From a virus, in IMG/VR virus record IMGVR_UViG_3300045243_000070, positions 1 to 64,000 of that record: a DNA stretch of 64,000 bases. One strand, 5' to 3'. The translations under genes were made by a program, and so were the position numbers. The notes below the pieces were generated by a model. It ran no database searches, was not told where the DNA came from, and saw only the letters and a list, made by a program, of their open reading frames with translations. Of this stretch, positions 46,662 to 57,313 are shown piece after piece; positions within the stretch are counted from its first letter, which is position 1, and the number at the start of each line of letters is the position of its first letter.

Positions 46662-47480
46662 TTGCCCAACCCAGAAACAAAAGAAGAATTTGAAAAGTTC
46701 GTAGATAGCAATCCCAATAAGGCCTGGAAATTTTACCTACCTTTTGGTGATGAGTATATTGAAAAATCTCTTACGTCAGAAAAACAAGACACTGACGAAA
46801 AGAGTTGGAAGATCGGTGGGATTGCTTCAAGCAACGAAGAAGATTTGGAAGCTGAAATTGTTGTTCCAGAAGGAATTGATGTCAGCTATTTTTTGAAGTG
46901 GGGTTGGTTCAACTCCGAACACAAAAAAGGCGCTGCATATAAAGTTGGGATTCCAACCAAAGCGATGTGTACGAGAAAAGGTCTTGAAGTTGAAGGATAT
47001 CTTTTAAAAGATATGCCCGAAGCGCAGGGCATTTATACCTTAATGAAGACGTTGAGAAAGGGAGATCACAGACGCTCAGTTGGTTTTTCCATCGAAGGAA
47101 AAACTGTCCTTCAACAAGGAAAAAGAATTCTTAAAAGCTTCCTCATCGACATTGCCATTACAGCCAACCCAGTCAACCCTACAACCTATGCCGACCTTGT
47201 GAAATCACTTAAAACATGCTCTACAGATAACTCACTGGAATCCATGTCTTACCTCTCTACCGATAAGGCTTTAGAGGCTGGATATGCTGTAGATGGTCAA
47301 ACCGGAGGGGACGCTTTGAGGACTCAAGACCTCGAAAGAAAGCTTAAAATCCTCACAAATAAGAGCTTTTCACCGGAAGATGCCTTGGAATACGTGAAGC
47401 TTAAGGCCGGGGTTACTGACGATGTAGCCAAGAAGATTCTAAAATATTCAGACCTTCTTAAGAAGCTGAAGGGTCAATAA
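46662..47480 (+). CDS. Prohead protease
   Basis: IGGIAS..DLEAE, NSEH, GFSIEG, AITANPVN; TTG start with AAGGAG. Confidence 0.9.
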   Translation: MPNPETKEEFEKFVDSNPNKAWKFYLPFGDEYIEKSLTSEKQDTDEKSWKIGGIASSNEEDLEAEIVVPEGIDVSYFLKWGWFNSEHKKGAAYKVGIPTKAMCTRKGLEVEGYLLKDMPEAQGIYTLMKTLRKGDHRRSVGFSIEGKTVLQQGKRILKSFLIDIAITANPVNPTTYADLVKSLKTCSTDNSLESMSYLSTDKALEAGYAVDGQTGGDALRTQDLERKLKILTNKSFSPEDALEYVKLKAGVTDDVAKKILKYSDLLKKLKGQ

Positions 47481-47485
47481 CTTTT

Positions 47486-47510
47486 GCAAAGATTGTTAAA
47501 TTTTAGCTAT
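47486..47510 (+). promoter_or_regulatory. Putative late promoter motif
   Basis: GCAAAGATTGTTAAATTTTAGCTAT, identical copy at 59155. Confidence 0.75.
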
Positions 47511-47593
47511 TAGTGTTGAATAAATAAGTTTTGAAGAGCAATAAAGATTTACCGAAATTTAATTTTCGGAAAACCCGCAAGGAGCCGCAAAAA

Positions 47594-49102
47594 ATGTCAG
47601 ACCTCAAGAAAGTAATCAACGCTGCAGATTTGGACGCAGCTTTGCAGAACATCGAGAAATCTTTCTCGGAAACAAAAGTCACTCTTGAAAAGAGTGTCGA
47701 CAAACGTGCGATGGGCGGGGACCAAAAGGTCGAAACTGGAAACGAAGTTATTTCCGCTCCAGGCGATGACCGTACTGGACTTCCTAAGGTCGGAGCTGGA
47801 ACTCGTGAAGTTAGCAAACTCCAAGGTAACTGGGCAGAACGCTATCCGATGGATGCAGCTGCTCCCGGCGCTCTCGAAGCAGCCGTTGCCGATTCAGCAA
47901 AAGCACCTACTCGTGACAAAGAGCCTGTGAACAAGTCAGTTGAGCAATCAGCTGAACCAGGAAGCATGTCAAAGGCAGCTGATGCCGATCAATCTTCTGA
48001 ATCTTCAAAAATCGTGAAGGCTGCTGATGCTTCTTCATCTTACTCTTCAATGAGCAAAGCTGCTGATGCTTCAGACTCTTCATCTTCAAAATCTTCAAAG
48101 AAAAATCCTTTCGCCAAAGCAGTGGTTCCTGCAGAGAAGCCAGCTTCTGAAACAGCAGCCTCTGGAGCCCCACAGCTTAAGAAATCAATGAAGCTTATCG
48201 CCAGCGCCAAAAAGCACTTGGCAAAAGCCTACGAAGGTGGGTCTGACTCAGAGTTGGATATCGCTGGTGACCGTTTGGTCGAAGCGAAGACAACTATCAA
48301 CAAAGCCATCACAAGCGGTGAAGCTGTTCCTGCCGAGTTGGTCAAGAGCTTGAACAAAGCCTCCAAGTATTTTGGAAAAGCTTTGGCCTCCTTCGAGAAC
48401 GACAAAATCGAAGAGCATGTCAAGTCAGTTGAAAAAGCTGACAAGCACATGGCAAAAGCTTTGAACGCTTTCGACTTCAAATCAACTTCAGCTGCTCCGA
48501 TTGAGAAATCAGTCGCTGCTCCCGAAAAGAACGAAATCAAATTCAACCACAAAGACGGAAAAGTGGTTGCGGAAATGACAGAAGAACAGTACAAACAAGT
48601 TCAAAAAGCTTTGAACGAGAAAGGTATCTACAAATCATTCTTGGACACTCTTCCAAAAGAAGACAAAGCCACGATTGATGCGATGCCAGTCTTGAAGAGC
48701 TTGGTCGATGGGTTGAAAGATTCTCAGAACGCCCTTCGTGACAACTTGGTTGCCACTGCCCAAAAAGACAACGACTTCAAAAAAAGCGTAACTGAGGCTT
48801 TGAATCTCTTGGCGAAAGCCAGCAAGCAAAACACTGCGGAAGTGGAAAAGCTGAAAAGCGAACCCCAAGTCCGTAAGTCAATCTTGACAGAGGTTAAGTC
48901 ACCTCTCGAAGAGGTCAAAAAGCCCTCAATCGATGTCGCTCAGATGACAGAGATTCTCGAAAAGGGAATCCGAAAAGGAATCTGCAGCAACATGACACTC
49001 TTGGCCTGGGACGTTGACAAGGACATGATTGGCAAGGGACTTTTGGATGCCAAAGACGAGCTGAAGTATGTGAACCTATGTGAAAAGATTCAAAGAAGTT
49101 AA
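47594..49102 (+). CDS. Head scaffolding-like protein
   Basis: Between protease and capsid; helical, many KS/KA motifs, 3x KAADA repeat; ATG with AAGGAG. Confidence 0.75.
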   Translation: MSDLKKVINAADLDAALQNIEKSFSETKVTLEKSVDKRAMGGDQKVETGNEVISAPGDDRTGLPKVGAGTREVSKLQGNWAERYPMDAAAPGALEAAVADSAKAPTRDKEPVNKSVEQSAEPGSMSKAADADQSSESSKIVKAADASSSYSSMSKAADASDSSSSKSSKKNPFAKAVVPAEKPASETAASGAPQLKKSMKLIASAKKHLAKAYEGGSDSELDIAGDRLVEAKTTINKAITSGEAVPAELVKSLNKASKYFGKALASFENDKIEEHVKSVEKADKHMAKALNAFDFKSTSAAPIEKSVAAPEKNEIKFNHKDGKVVAEMTEEQYKQVQKALNEKGIYKSFLDTLPKEDKATIDAMPVLKSLVDGLKDSQNALRDNLVATAQKDNDFKKSVTEALNLLAKASKQNTAEVEKLKSEPQVRKSILTEVKSPLEEVKKPSIDVAQMTEILEKGIRKGICSNMTLLAWDVDKDMIGKGLLDAKDELKYVNLCEKIQRS

Positions 49103-49174
49103 GCCGTAATAAGAAAGCAGAAACAAGCAGCAAAGGCTTCGATAACCAAGCAGCCTAATTTAAGGAGGATGTAA

Positions 49175-50602
49175 ATGTCAGCAATCAATTCGATGTTCAA
49201 AGGGATGGAAGAGGGTTTCGGTAACTCCTCAGCTTCCCACCTGGACGACCTTCGCAAAGCTTTGTCAGCTGGTTATCAAGTCAGCTCACAAACTGGCGGT
49301 GGCGCTCTCAGGGTTCAGAGCTTGGAATCAAGCCTGAAAGTTTTGACCAACACGGAGAAAAACTACGTGTTTTGGCAAGATGTTGAGAAGAAAGCTGCGT
49401 ACTCAACAGTTGAAGAGTACAACACTTTGACTCAATATGGTCCTGACACCGGAGGATTTAACTTTGAAGGTGTGTTGCCAGAACAAGACGACACTTCCTA
49501 CACACGTAACGTTGCTTTGACCAAGTTCCTTGGTACGACACGTAGCGTGTCTCACCCATTGACGCTGGTTCGTCCAGCTCACGGTGAAGTTATCGCTCTT
49601 GAAAACAAGAACGGTATCCTCTGGATTCTCCGCAGATTAGAATCAGCCTTCTTCTACGGCAATTCCACCTTGATGTTCGGTGGCGCAGAAGGTGCGGAAT
49701 TCAACGGTATGTCACAGCAAATCGCTTCAACCAACGTCATCGACTGCTTGGGTAACCCCTTGTCAGAAGAGTTGATTGAAGAAGGTGCAAACCTTGTTTC
49801 CGTCAACTTCGGAACTCCTACTCACCTGTTCTTGGCTAAACGTGCGATGGCTGACTTCGGTAAAACCGTGTTCAGCAAAGAGCGCTTCATGCCACAGCAA
49901 ACAACTGTCAATGCTAATGGGGAAGTTGGGTATTTCATCCAATCCATTAACACTCAGTCAGGTATCATCGGTCTCCGTCCAGACGTGTTCATCACGAACA
50001 CTCCTGTTGCGAACTTGTCAGCTGCGTTGTCACCCAACGCTCCTGCAGCTCCTTCAGCAGTCACCTCCGTGAAGGCTGCAACTGGTCTCGGAAACTTCTT
50101 CAAAGACGGCGCAGGGGTTTACTCCTACGGCGCTGCTCTTGGCAACAACTACGGGGAATCCACTGTGGTCGCTGCTTCCGCAACCGTCACCCTCTCAGCT
50201 GCTGAATTGACAGACTCTGTCAACGTCACTGTGACCAACGCTGCCTCAATCGGCGCTGTTCTTCCTCAGTACATCAGCATCTATCGTTCACAGCCAAACG
50301 GTTCAGTTCTTTACCGTATCGCCAGAACGCCTGTCACAACCCAAACCGCTTCAGTCGCTAACACCGCCTGGGTCGATGTGGACACTGTGATGGCTAACAC
50401 TTCGGAAGCTTATCTTGGTGAGATGTCAGACCAAGTCATCGCTTTCAAGCAACTGGCCCCGCTGTTGAAAATGGACTTGGCTGTGGTCGGTCCTGCCTTC
50501 CGCTGGATGATCTTGTTGTACGGTGTCTTGGTGCTTTATGCTCCTGCCAAGTGGTGCAAATATATTAATGTTGGCTCCAGCTCAGCAATCGCTCAAATCT
50601 AA
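49175..50602 (+). CDS. Major capsid protein (SPO1/Twort-like)
   Basis: GGGALRVQSLE, STVEEY, FFYGN and LLYGVLVLYAP motifs; AAGGAGG RBS; biased codons. Confidence 0.93.
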   Translation: MSAINSMFKGMEEGFGNSSASHLDDLRKALSAGYQVSSQTGGGALRVQSLESSLKVLTNTEKNYVFWQDVEKKAAYSTVEEYNTLTQYGPDTGGFNFEGVLPEQDDTSYTRNVALTKFLGTTRSVSHPLTLVRPAHGEVIALENKNGILWILRRLESAFFYGNSTLMFGGAEGAEFNGMSQQIASTNVIDCLGNPLSEELIEEGANLVSVNFGTPTHLFLAKRAMADFGKTVFSKERFMPQQTTVNANGEVGYFIQSINTQSGIIGLRPDVFITNTPVANLSAALSPNAPAAPSAVTSVKAATGLGNFFKDGAGVYSYGAALGNNYGESTVVAASATVTLSAAELTDSVNVTVTNAASIGAVLPQYISIYRSQPNGSVLYRIARTPVTTQTASVANTAWVDVDTVMANTSEAYLGEMSDQVIAFKQLAPLLKMDLAVVGPAFRWMILLYGVLVLYAPAKWCKYINVGSSSAIAQI

Positions 50603-50624
50603 CCGATAAGAGCTTATTAACCCT

Positions 50625-50660
50625 AAGCCGTCTTGAGAGAAATCTCTTGACGGCTTTTTT
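50625..50660 (+). terminator. Intrinsic terminator after capsid gene
   Basis: AAGCCGTC..GAGA/TCTC..GACGGCTT plus T-run. Confidence 0.85.
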
Positions 50661-50675
50661 ATTTTAAGGTATAAT
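50647..50675 (+). promoter_or_regulatory. sigma70-type promoter embedded in terminator, leaderless HNH mRNA
   Basis: TTGACG-17-TATAAT, 6-nt gap before ATG 50682. Confidence 0.72.
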
Positions 50676-50681
50676 TTAAGC

Positions 50682-51179
50682 ATGACCAAAGTTTGCCATC
50701 GGTGTAAAATTGAAAAAGACGAGACAGAATTCCATATCCGAAAGGAAAGGAAGTCTGGTAGATTTGGAACCTGCAAGAAATGTAGAAATAGAGCCTATTG
50801 GTTGGCGGTAAAAAATAACCCGGAAAGAAAAAGAAAAGCTAATAAGTATTCAAACGATTGGGGTAGAAAAAATCCAAAGAGAGTTAATGAATGTTCTAAG
50901 CGATGGAATCATGCTAACCCAGACAAAGTGAATGCAGGATGTTCAAACTACAGAGCTAGAAAATTACAAGCAACCCCGCCCTGGTTAACTCAAGCTATGA
51001 AGACTGACATTCAATTCTTTTATACAATTAGAGAGCAGATGAAGAACCCATCCGCTTGGCACATAGACCATGTCGTGCCGTTAATGGGGGAAACAGCTCG
51101 TGGTTTGCACGTTCCCTGGAACCTTCAACTTCTTCCAGCCCCAGAGAACATGTCAAAACACAATAAACTTACTGCCTAG
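50682..51179 (+). CDS. HNH homing endonuclease
   Basis: Zn finger; WHIDHVVPL..GLHVPWNLQLL..NMSKHNK. Confidence 0.9.
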   Translation: MTKVCHRCKIEKDETEFHIRKERKSGRFGTCKKCRNRAYWLAVKNNPERKRKANKYSNDWGRKNPKRVNECSKRWNHANPDKVNAGCSNYRARKLQATPPWLTQAMKTDIQFFYTIREQMKNPSAWHIDHVVPLMGETARGLHVPWNLQLLPAPENMSKHNKLTA

Positions 51180-54100
51180 TCTGCTTACCGTGGAAATAAC
51201 CTTCCTTCTTATGCTCTAATTCCACTTTTAGAGTCTCAACTTGAACCTTTTTCATCTCAAGGTCCATCTTTAAGCACTCGACACTAACCTTTTTAATCTC
51301 TGTTGAAGCATCAACTTCTCTGGTAAGGGCCTTAGTTCTTTCAATATCGGCCTTTGCCTGTTCATCTAACAGTTCATCTGATACCATAACTACCTCCTAA
51401 ATTTGTTTCCCGCTTTAAAGGCGGGTTCAACGTTTTCAGGTAGTCTATAACAGCTATTTTTTATCGTGGGTTATTGAGTAGTAAAACATATAAGACACAA
51501 TTGACAAGAGAGCAAACGCCCATATACCATAGCTGATATCTTGATAAGTACTAATCCATCTAATGGCTCCGAAAACCCATCCAGTCAATCCAGCAAAAAC
51601 AAACCAAATAAACACTTTGTTCATTAACTTCTCCTTTTACTTTAATGATATAATTACTTCAGCATACGCCCCAAGCCTCTGCTACAAAGCAAGCTCAAAT
51701 CGGGGCGTTTTTATTTTACGCTTCTTGATAGCCTTTTCAGCCTTATCCGAAATCTTTGAGGCTCCGTTACACGAACCGCAACCACACTCAGATATGAACC
51801 AACCACAATCCATACAATGCTTTTCATACCCAGTACAGTAGTCCGTACCGCAATAGAGAAAAGCAAGGTAATTTGGGTAGAAATCATGCACCCAGTTATG
51901 GCAAGGTGTTTCTTTTAAGGGCACTCTTCATCCTCTGGTTCATAGATGTCGCACTTACATCCTTTGACCCTACAACCATTGGACCCAGGGTACTTCTTTG
52001 TAGGGCCGTGCTCCTCTTCTGTGTGAAGGCAAACAATGCGGGCCATTAGTCGAACAAAGACCCAATTACAGCGCCTTCAATGGCCCCTTCAATTCCACCT
52101 TCCAAACCCCCAATAACCCCACCAATAATGGCTCCGGTGTGGTCATCGTCTTCGTCATCATCGTCCCGGCGCTTTTTCTCTTCTGGCTCTTCGTAGTTGT
52201 TTATCGACATACTAATTCTCCTTTTTATTCTTTTCTTCATCGGCAACCCGTGCTTCCCAAATCTTCTCTAAAAACTTTGCAATTTTTAAAGTAGCTTCAT
52301 CATCAGTGCCCATAAGAAACCCTTGAGGCAGGACTACAGGCATATAATCGTAGGGATTTAAACCACTACCTATATACTTAGCTTCTATCAATTTTAATCG
52401 TTCTTCAGCATTAAGCTCAGTCATATTTACCCTCGTAAGCTATAGGGCTCAACTGCTTTACTACGTCTTCTGCCGAAATAGGAGCGTATTTTGCCTTATA
52501 CTGGGAGGCATCTACCCCTACATCCATAGACCTATCGTACCCCGGTAAGTTCCCGTGAGAGTGTCCATATAAGTGGTAAACCCCATGAAATTTGGAAGGC
52601 CAAACCCTGTGGGCATAATGACTCAGGAAGAAATGATCTCCATTAAAGGAAAGCATATTCACATCCTGTATGGAAGCCCATTTTAGCTTCTGAATCTTAT
52701 TGTTTTGGTCGTGGTTTCCTTTGATAAGGTGTTTGTCTCCATTGAGTCTGTCAAACACTGCTTTAGCGTCTTCAAGAGATTTTGTGAACCCGAAGTCTCC
52801 CAAGTGCCATACGGAATCTTTCGGCGTAACCACTTTATTCCAATTCTCGATTAGAAGCTCATCCATTCCAGGCCCAAGTATAGGTCTGTTCAGGAAGTCT
52901 TTGTAGTGGTAAAAATGGGTGTCTGAAATAAAGAAAATCACTTTTTTGTTTTTGATCTTTCCGCTAAATTAGTAACCATGTCGTGCACCTCATCTATGCA
53001 GTGTGAGCATCCTTCAAAACTTACTGTTTTTGACTTACCACCAAATCTAGGTTCCAACTTAAAATCTACCGACCCAACGAAGTCATTCTTTAAAAGCTTT
53101 GCTCCGCAAAAATCACAGTAGACTAGTTTCATTGCAAGGTTCACCTTTCTCGATTTTTATAATCTCCTGGTCGATGTCGCAATAAGCATCACAAATACCA
53201 CACTGATACTGGTCATCCTCATGATCGTCATGAACTCCGCAGCTTTTTACTTTGGCAGCCAATCTGATTTTTAGTTCTTTCCATCGCTCCCCATCTTCGT
53301 TTTTCTGGCCCACAAGAACCGCAAGGTTAAACCTGAAGCACATAGCATCGGCTTCATCTGCAGATAGCCCATACTTAATAATACCGTCTGGGCACATTAC
53401 GTGATTACCTTCCATAATGGATTTAATAGACCCACTCGGTTTTAAGTGGTCAACCGTGTTTGGTTTATACGGTCCTTTTTCATTAATGAGTCTTACAAAC
53501 TCCCTATAAGTCTCAAGAGTTCCGGTTTGGTTTTTATTGTAGTAAAGGTCCATTATTTATGCCCTTCAATTGCTCTTAGGGCTTTTTCTCTCGACATCGC
53601 AGCTCTCGTTGCTGGATTATACTTCAATTCGTCACCAGACAACCACTTGTCAATTCCCAACTGCATTACAGCATCGAACTCACATTGAAGTTCGTGGTAG
53701 GCCTTTCGTATCCCATCGAGTTCGGCTGTCTCTGTTCCGATACCACCACAGATGCACTCACGACCACTTTCGAGGGGGCGACCAAGACAGACTCCGCACA
53801 TCTTGTTTGAATAGGATGTTGGGGGGCCTGGGCATCCCATATTTGGGCAATAAAATTCCAGTTCCCGTGTGTACTCGCCATTGGTATATAGGACGGCTCG
53901 TTCATCCATAGTCGTGCCACAAAATCTGCACTTGAAGTTTTCCATGAAGGAATCGGTTCCTACTCCAGGCAATCCTTTTTTGAAGTCTTCGTTTTTCATA
54001 GTCCTCGTCTCTTCTTTTCTTCCATCCAAGATACCCTGTCTTGGTAGACCCTGACTCCACATTTCTTGCATACCCCAGTTACCAACATCGAATCTTTCCC

Positions 54101-54205
54101 GCCAACCATTTTATCGACATAGTGTTTGCAGTCTTTGGTCAGTTTGTACCTTATTTTTTGGGGAATGGTGTACCTGGAAGCCTGTTCTTTTTTACGGTTA
54201 AGCAT
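51169..54205 (-). other. Antisense island of about 11 small CDS within the head module
   Basis: Coupled minus-strand ORFs between capsid and neck genes. Confidence 0.75.
52417..52941 (-). CDS. Calcineurin-like metallophosphoesterase
   Basis: SDTHFYH, HLGDFG, KGNHD, YGHSH, DVGVD. Confidence 0.9.
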   Translation of the reverse strand: MIFFISDTHFYHYKDFLNRPILGPGMDELLIENWNKVVTPKDSVWHLGDFGFTKSLEDAKAVFDRLNGDKHLIKGNHDQNNKIQKLKWASIQDVNMLSFNGDHFFLSHYAHRVWPSKFHGVYHLYGHSHGNLPGYDRSMDVGVDASQYKAKYAPISAEDVVKQLSPIAYEGKYD

Positions 54206-54280
54206 TCAATCTCCTCTTATTTAGCATGTCGTGTTTATACCTTATTTCTTGGACAAAGTCAACCTCTTTTTCGTAAAAAA

Positions 54281-54296
54281 GTTAAATTTTAGCTAT
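54281..54296 (+). promoter_or_regulatory. Putative late promoter motif
   Basis: GTTAAATTTTAGCTAT upstream of neck gene. Confidence 0.72.
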
Positions 54297-54348
54297 ATTA
54301 TAGGGATAACAATCTACAAAAATCACCTATTAGAAAGAGAGATTTAAG

Positions 54349-55173
54349 ATGCCTCCATTGGTTCCTTCCCCTGGAATTCCACAGCTTCCATTAATTCCGA
54401 CTGAAAAAGTCGCTCCAATTCCCAATGTCCAAAACTCTTCAATCATGACAGCTGCGGATTTGAAGAATCGATTCTTATATGGGATTAAGCTTACTCCACC
54501 AAACGGTGGGCCTCCCATGTCTGATGATGCTATTCAGTATCATATTGACGCAGCTACCTCAGCCGTAGAGAATTATCTTCAAATTGACATTCGCCCACGA
54601 TACTATCAGCAAGAACGTGCTGACTACATGCGCTCAGATTACACCAACTGGGGATATTTCAGATTGAAGCATGGCCCAATTCTTCAGTTCTATGAATTCT
54701 TAGTTATCTACCCAGATACGGGGTCTGTTGTAGCGCTACCACTTCAATGGCTTCAAACAGATGCTGTTGGTCAGTCAAACGTTGTTAACATTATCCCAGG
54801 TGTTGGTTCAATGGGTAGCTTTGTGATTGGGTACGGTAACAGCATCCTCCCTCTAGTCTTCTCAACAGCTGACTTTCTACCAGACCTATTTAAAATTTCT
54901 TATAAAGCTGGGTTCCCCGCCAATAAAGTCCCAGAAGCTTTCACCAGTGTTATTGGGAAGAAGGCCGTTATTGATATTCTTATCCAAGTCTCGAACAGCT
55001 ACCTTCAAGCTGGAGCTATTGAGCAACAAATAGGTGTTGATGGGAACTTTGAAAGGGTTACAACCATCCCGTTCATTTATGAAAAGCAAATCGAGCTTTA
55101 TCGTAAACAATATGCCGAAGAAATAAGTCAATTAAGAAGTATGTACCAAGGAATAAAAATGGTGGTGGCATAA
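54349..55173 (+). CDS. Head-tail adaptor / neck protein
   Basis: Position after capsid; LKNRFLYGI, ISYKAGF and GVDG motifs. Confidence 0.75.
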   Translation: MPPLVPSPGIPQLPLIPTEKVAPIPNVQNSSIMTAADLKNRFLYGIKLTPPNGGPPMSDDAIQYHIDAATSAVENYLQIDIRPRYYQQERADYMRSDYTNWGYFRLKHGPILQFYEFLVIYPDTGSVVALPLQWLQTDAVGQSNVVNIIPGVGSMGSFVIGYGNSILPLVFSTADFLPDLFKISYKAGFPANKVPEAFTSVIGKKAVIDILIQVSNSYLQAGAIEQQIGVDGNFERVTTIPFIYEKQIELYRKQYAEEISQLRSMYQGIKMVVA

Positions 55174-55707
55174 GTGGAAGCAACCGCCATAAAAAATTGT
55201 TCCGCTTGTGGGCTCGATAAACCCATAAATGATTTCAGAACGATAAATTCTTTAACTAGAGATAGAAAGTATCTTTCCTCAAAATGTCGGGGCTGTGAAA
55301 CAGAATACACTGCTAATTGGAAATCAAAAAATACAAAAAAACACCTAAATCAACTTTTCCGTTACAGACAAAAAAACTCTGAAACCTTCAAACTAGGTAT
55401 GAGTAGGTGGTACTATTCTAAGGCCGAAAGATTAAATTCTGAAAAAATAAAATCGATTAAAAAAATAGGGTGTATTTGCCCAGGTTGTGGATTTGACTAC
55501 TCTTCTTGCCCGGACAGGGCTTTAATGCTCATATTTGAAAAATCCCATGTTCACAGTTCTACTTGTTCTCTGAGAAAACAAAAGAAAAACAATAGATTTA
55601 ATATAGTAGATGACTTTTTTTGGTCTTGTCAGTACTGCAACAACGGTGTTCAGAGAAATAAGTGTGGTTCGTGGGAATCACCGAATAATTTCAAATCAAT
55701 CTGTTAA
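55174..55707 (+). CDS. Zn-finger, HNH-like endonuclease (divergent)
   Basis: CSAC..CRGC N-domain; CPGC..SHVH..CQYCN; AT-rich insertion. Confidence 0.6.
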   Translation: MEATAIKNCSACGLDKPINDFRTINSLTRDRKYLSSKCRGCETEYTANWKSKNTKKHLNQLFRYRQKNSETFKLGMSRWYYSKAERLNSEKIKSIKKIGCICPGCGFDYSSCPDRALMLIFEKSHVHSSTCSLRKQKKNNRFNIVDDFFWSCQYCNNGVQRNKCGSWESPNNFKSIC

Positions 55708-55718
55708 GGTCGTTTTAA

Positions 55719-56678
55719 ATGCCTATCGCTCCAAGCCCAATCTATGTCTCTTTTAGTACAAACACGCTCGGACAAATGGTTGTTACTTGGTTTGCTGCTC
55801 CTGGGGCAGTAAGCTACAATGTCTACAGACGCTCAGACGTTTCTGACGGATTTGGAGCCCCTCTAAACTCATCTCCAGTGGTCAGCACATCTTTTATTGA
55901 TACAACGTTTGTTTCTGGTTCCGTTGTCTATTACACTATTACATCTGTAAATTCTTTTGGTGAATCTCTACCCTCACAGGCTCTTCAAGTCAATGACTTT
56001 TCTGGTCCGGTCCTTCCAAGGGTCGACTTCCATCAAACAAAGTTCAGTAGGTTTATTGAAGAAAAAGGATACCGTGTTCGCAGAGAATCTGCTCTGGCAT
56101 GCCCTTGTAATAAGGCTTCACAAAAAACAACGGATGCTTCTGACTTAAACTGTAGGTTATGTAAAGACAAGCACTATATCTATTTTCCCGCCGGGGAAAT
56201 GATAGCTCTGATTACAAACATGACTCAGGAGAATACTCTCGAACAGTCCGGTCAGTGGTTGGCTGGTATGTACAAGATAACTACTAAACCTACAGATCAG
56301 CTGGGGCTTTACGACAGACTTATTTTTATTGACGACAGTGTAAGCTTTACCGAAGCTCTTGTCAGGTCATCAACAAGCGACACGGATGAGCTTAGGTTCC
56401 CTGCGATAACTTTTGACCTCCCTATTGAAGACATAAATGGGGTTACTTACCTTTTGGAGACCGACTTCAGCTTGGACTCGGACGGAAATATTGTTTGGGG
56501 GTTGTCAAGTAAACAACCATCGCCTGGAACTTATTTTGGGGTTCGATATCAAACGCTCAGAAGAATCTTAGTCGTTGACTTCCCACACGTTACAAGGTCT
56601 TCTCCTATCGGAAACCCTCCCGTTCATCAACCAATGAGTTTGGCGGCTGTAGGCAAGCTCGAATTCTTCATGGAGTAG
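55719..56678 (+). CDS. Neck/head-completion protein with N-terminal FN3-like domain
   Basis: VTW..GAVSYNVYR..YYTITSVNSFGES; CPC..CRLC. Confidence 0.7.
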   Translation: MPIAPSPIYVSFSTNTLGQMVVTWFAAPGAVSYNVYRRSDVSDGFGAPLNSSPVVSTSFIDTTFVSGSVVYYTITSVNSFGESLPSQALQVNDFSGPVLPRVDFHQTKFSRFIEEKGYRVRRESALACPCNKASQKTTDASDLNCRLCKDKHYIYFPAGEMIALITNMTQENTLEQSGQWLAGMYKITTKPTDQLGLYDRLIFIDDSVSFTEALVRSSTSDTDELRFPAITFDLPIEDINGVTYLLETDFSLDSDGNIVWGLSSKQPSPGTYFGVRYQTLRRILVVDFPHVTRSSPIGNPPVHQPMSLAAVGKLEFFME

Positions 56679-56682
56679 TAAA

Positions 56683-57309
56683 ATGTTAGATTTTCAAGCG
56701 GACATTTCGGGTTCGGGAGACCTCTGGGGAGGAGCTCTCGAAAACTATATTACTGAATCTATGGATGCAATTGCGGAAGCAGCCAGAGATGAATGGGTTC
56801 GTCTTGCCCAAGAATCTGATTTAACTGTAACCAAAGATGCTTACATCGAAGGTATCGGTGAAATCCAAGCGCCTTCGGAAACCGAAAGAAAAATAGAGTT
56901 GGAAGGTTGGCTTCCAAACGCTCTTGAAACAGGGATTGGTTCATTCGATATGAAGCCTGGACTTTTAAAGGGTAGAGACCACGTAGCTATTCCTATGAAA
57001 TATGGAGCCCCAGGTTCTACGAACAGTACTCCCCTTACTTCCCAAACATTTAACCGTGCCAAGAATTTAAAAAAAGGTGAGAGATTCAGCACGAAGATGG
57101 GACGTTCAAAGTACGAGGGTCTTAAGAGAGACAGTCAAACTAAAGATAGGGATTCGTTTGTTAAATTCAGAACGGTGTCTGTTAACTCACCCTCAAGCTC
57201 TTGGGTACACCCAGGGCTCACACCTCTGTTACTTGCGGAGCAGGTTCAATCTTTTATTGAGCAGAATATGCCTAACATCTTAGCTAAATTTAACCCAGAC
57301 CAAGGATAA
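56683..57309 (+). CDS. Neck/tail-completion protein
   Basis: FDMKPGLL, IPM, FRTVSVNSPSSSWVHPG. Confidence 0.7.
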   Translation: MLDFQADISGSGDLWGGALENYITESMDAIAEAARDEWVRLAQESDLTVTKDAYIEGIGEIQAPSETERKIELEGWLPNALETGIGSFDMKPGLLKGRDHVAIPMKYGAPGSTNSTPLTSQTFNRAKNLKKGERFSTKMGRSKYEGLKRDSQTKDRDSFVKFRTVSVNSPSSSWVHPGLTPLLLAEQVQSFIEQNMPNILAKFNPDQG

Positions 57310-57313
57310 TATT

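Noticed and set aside
47531-47593. Upstream TTG start for the scaffold gene
   Set aside because: ATG at 47594 has an AAGGAG RBS; the upstream stretch is the leader after the late motif
47960-48100. Three KAADA/Ser-rich repeats in the scaffold gene as a separate element
   Set aside because: In-frame low-complexity protein repeat, explained as linker and protease sites
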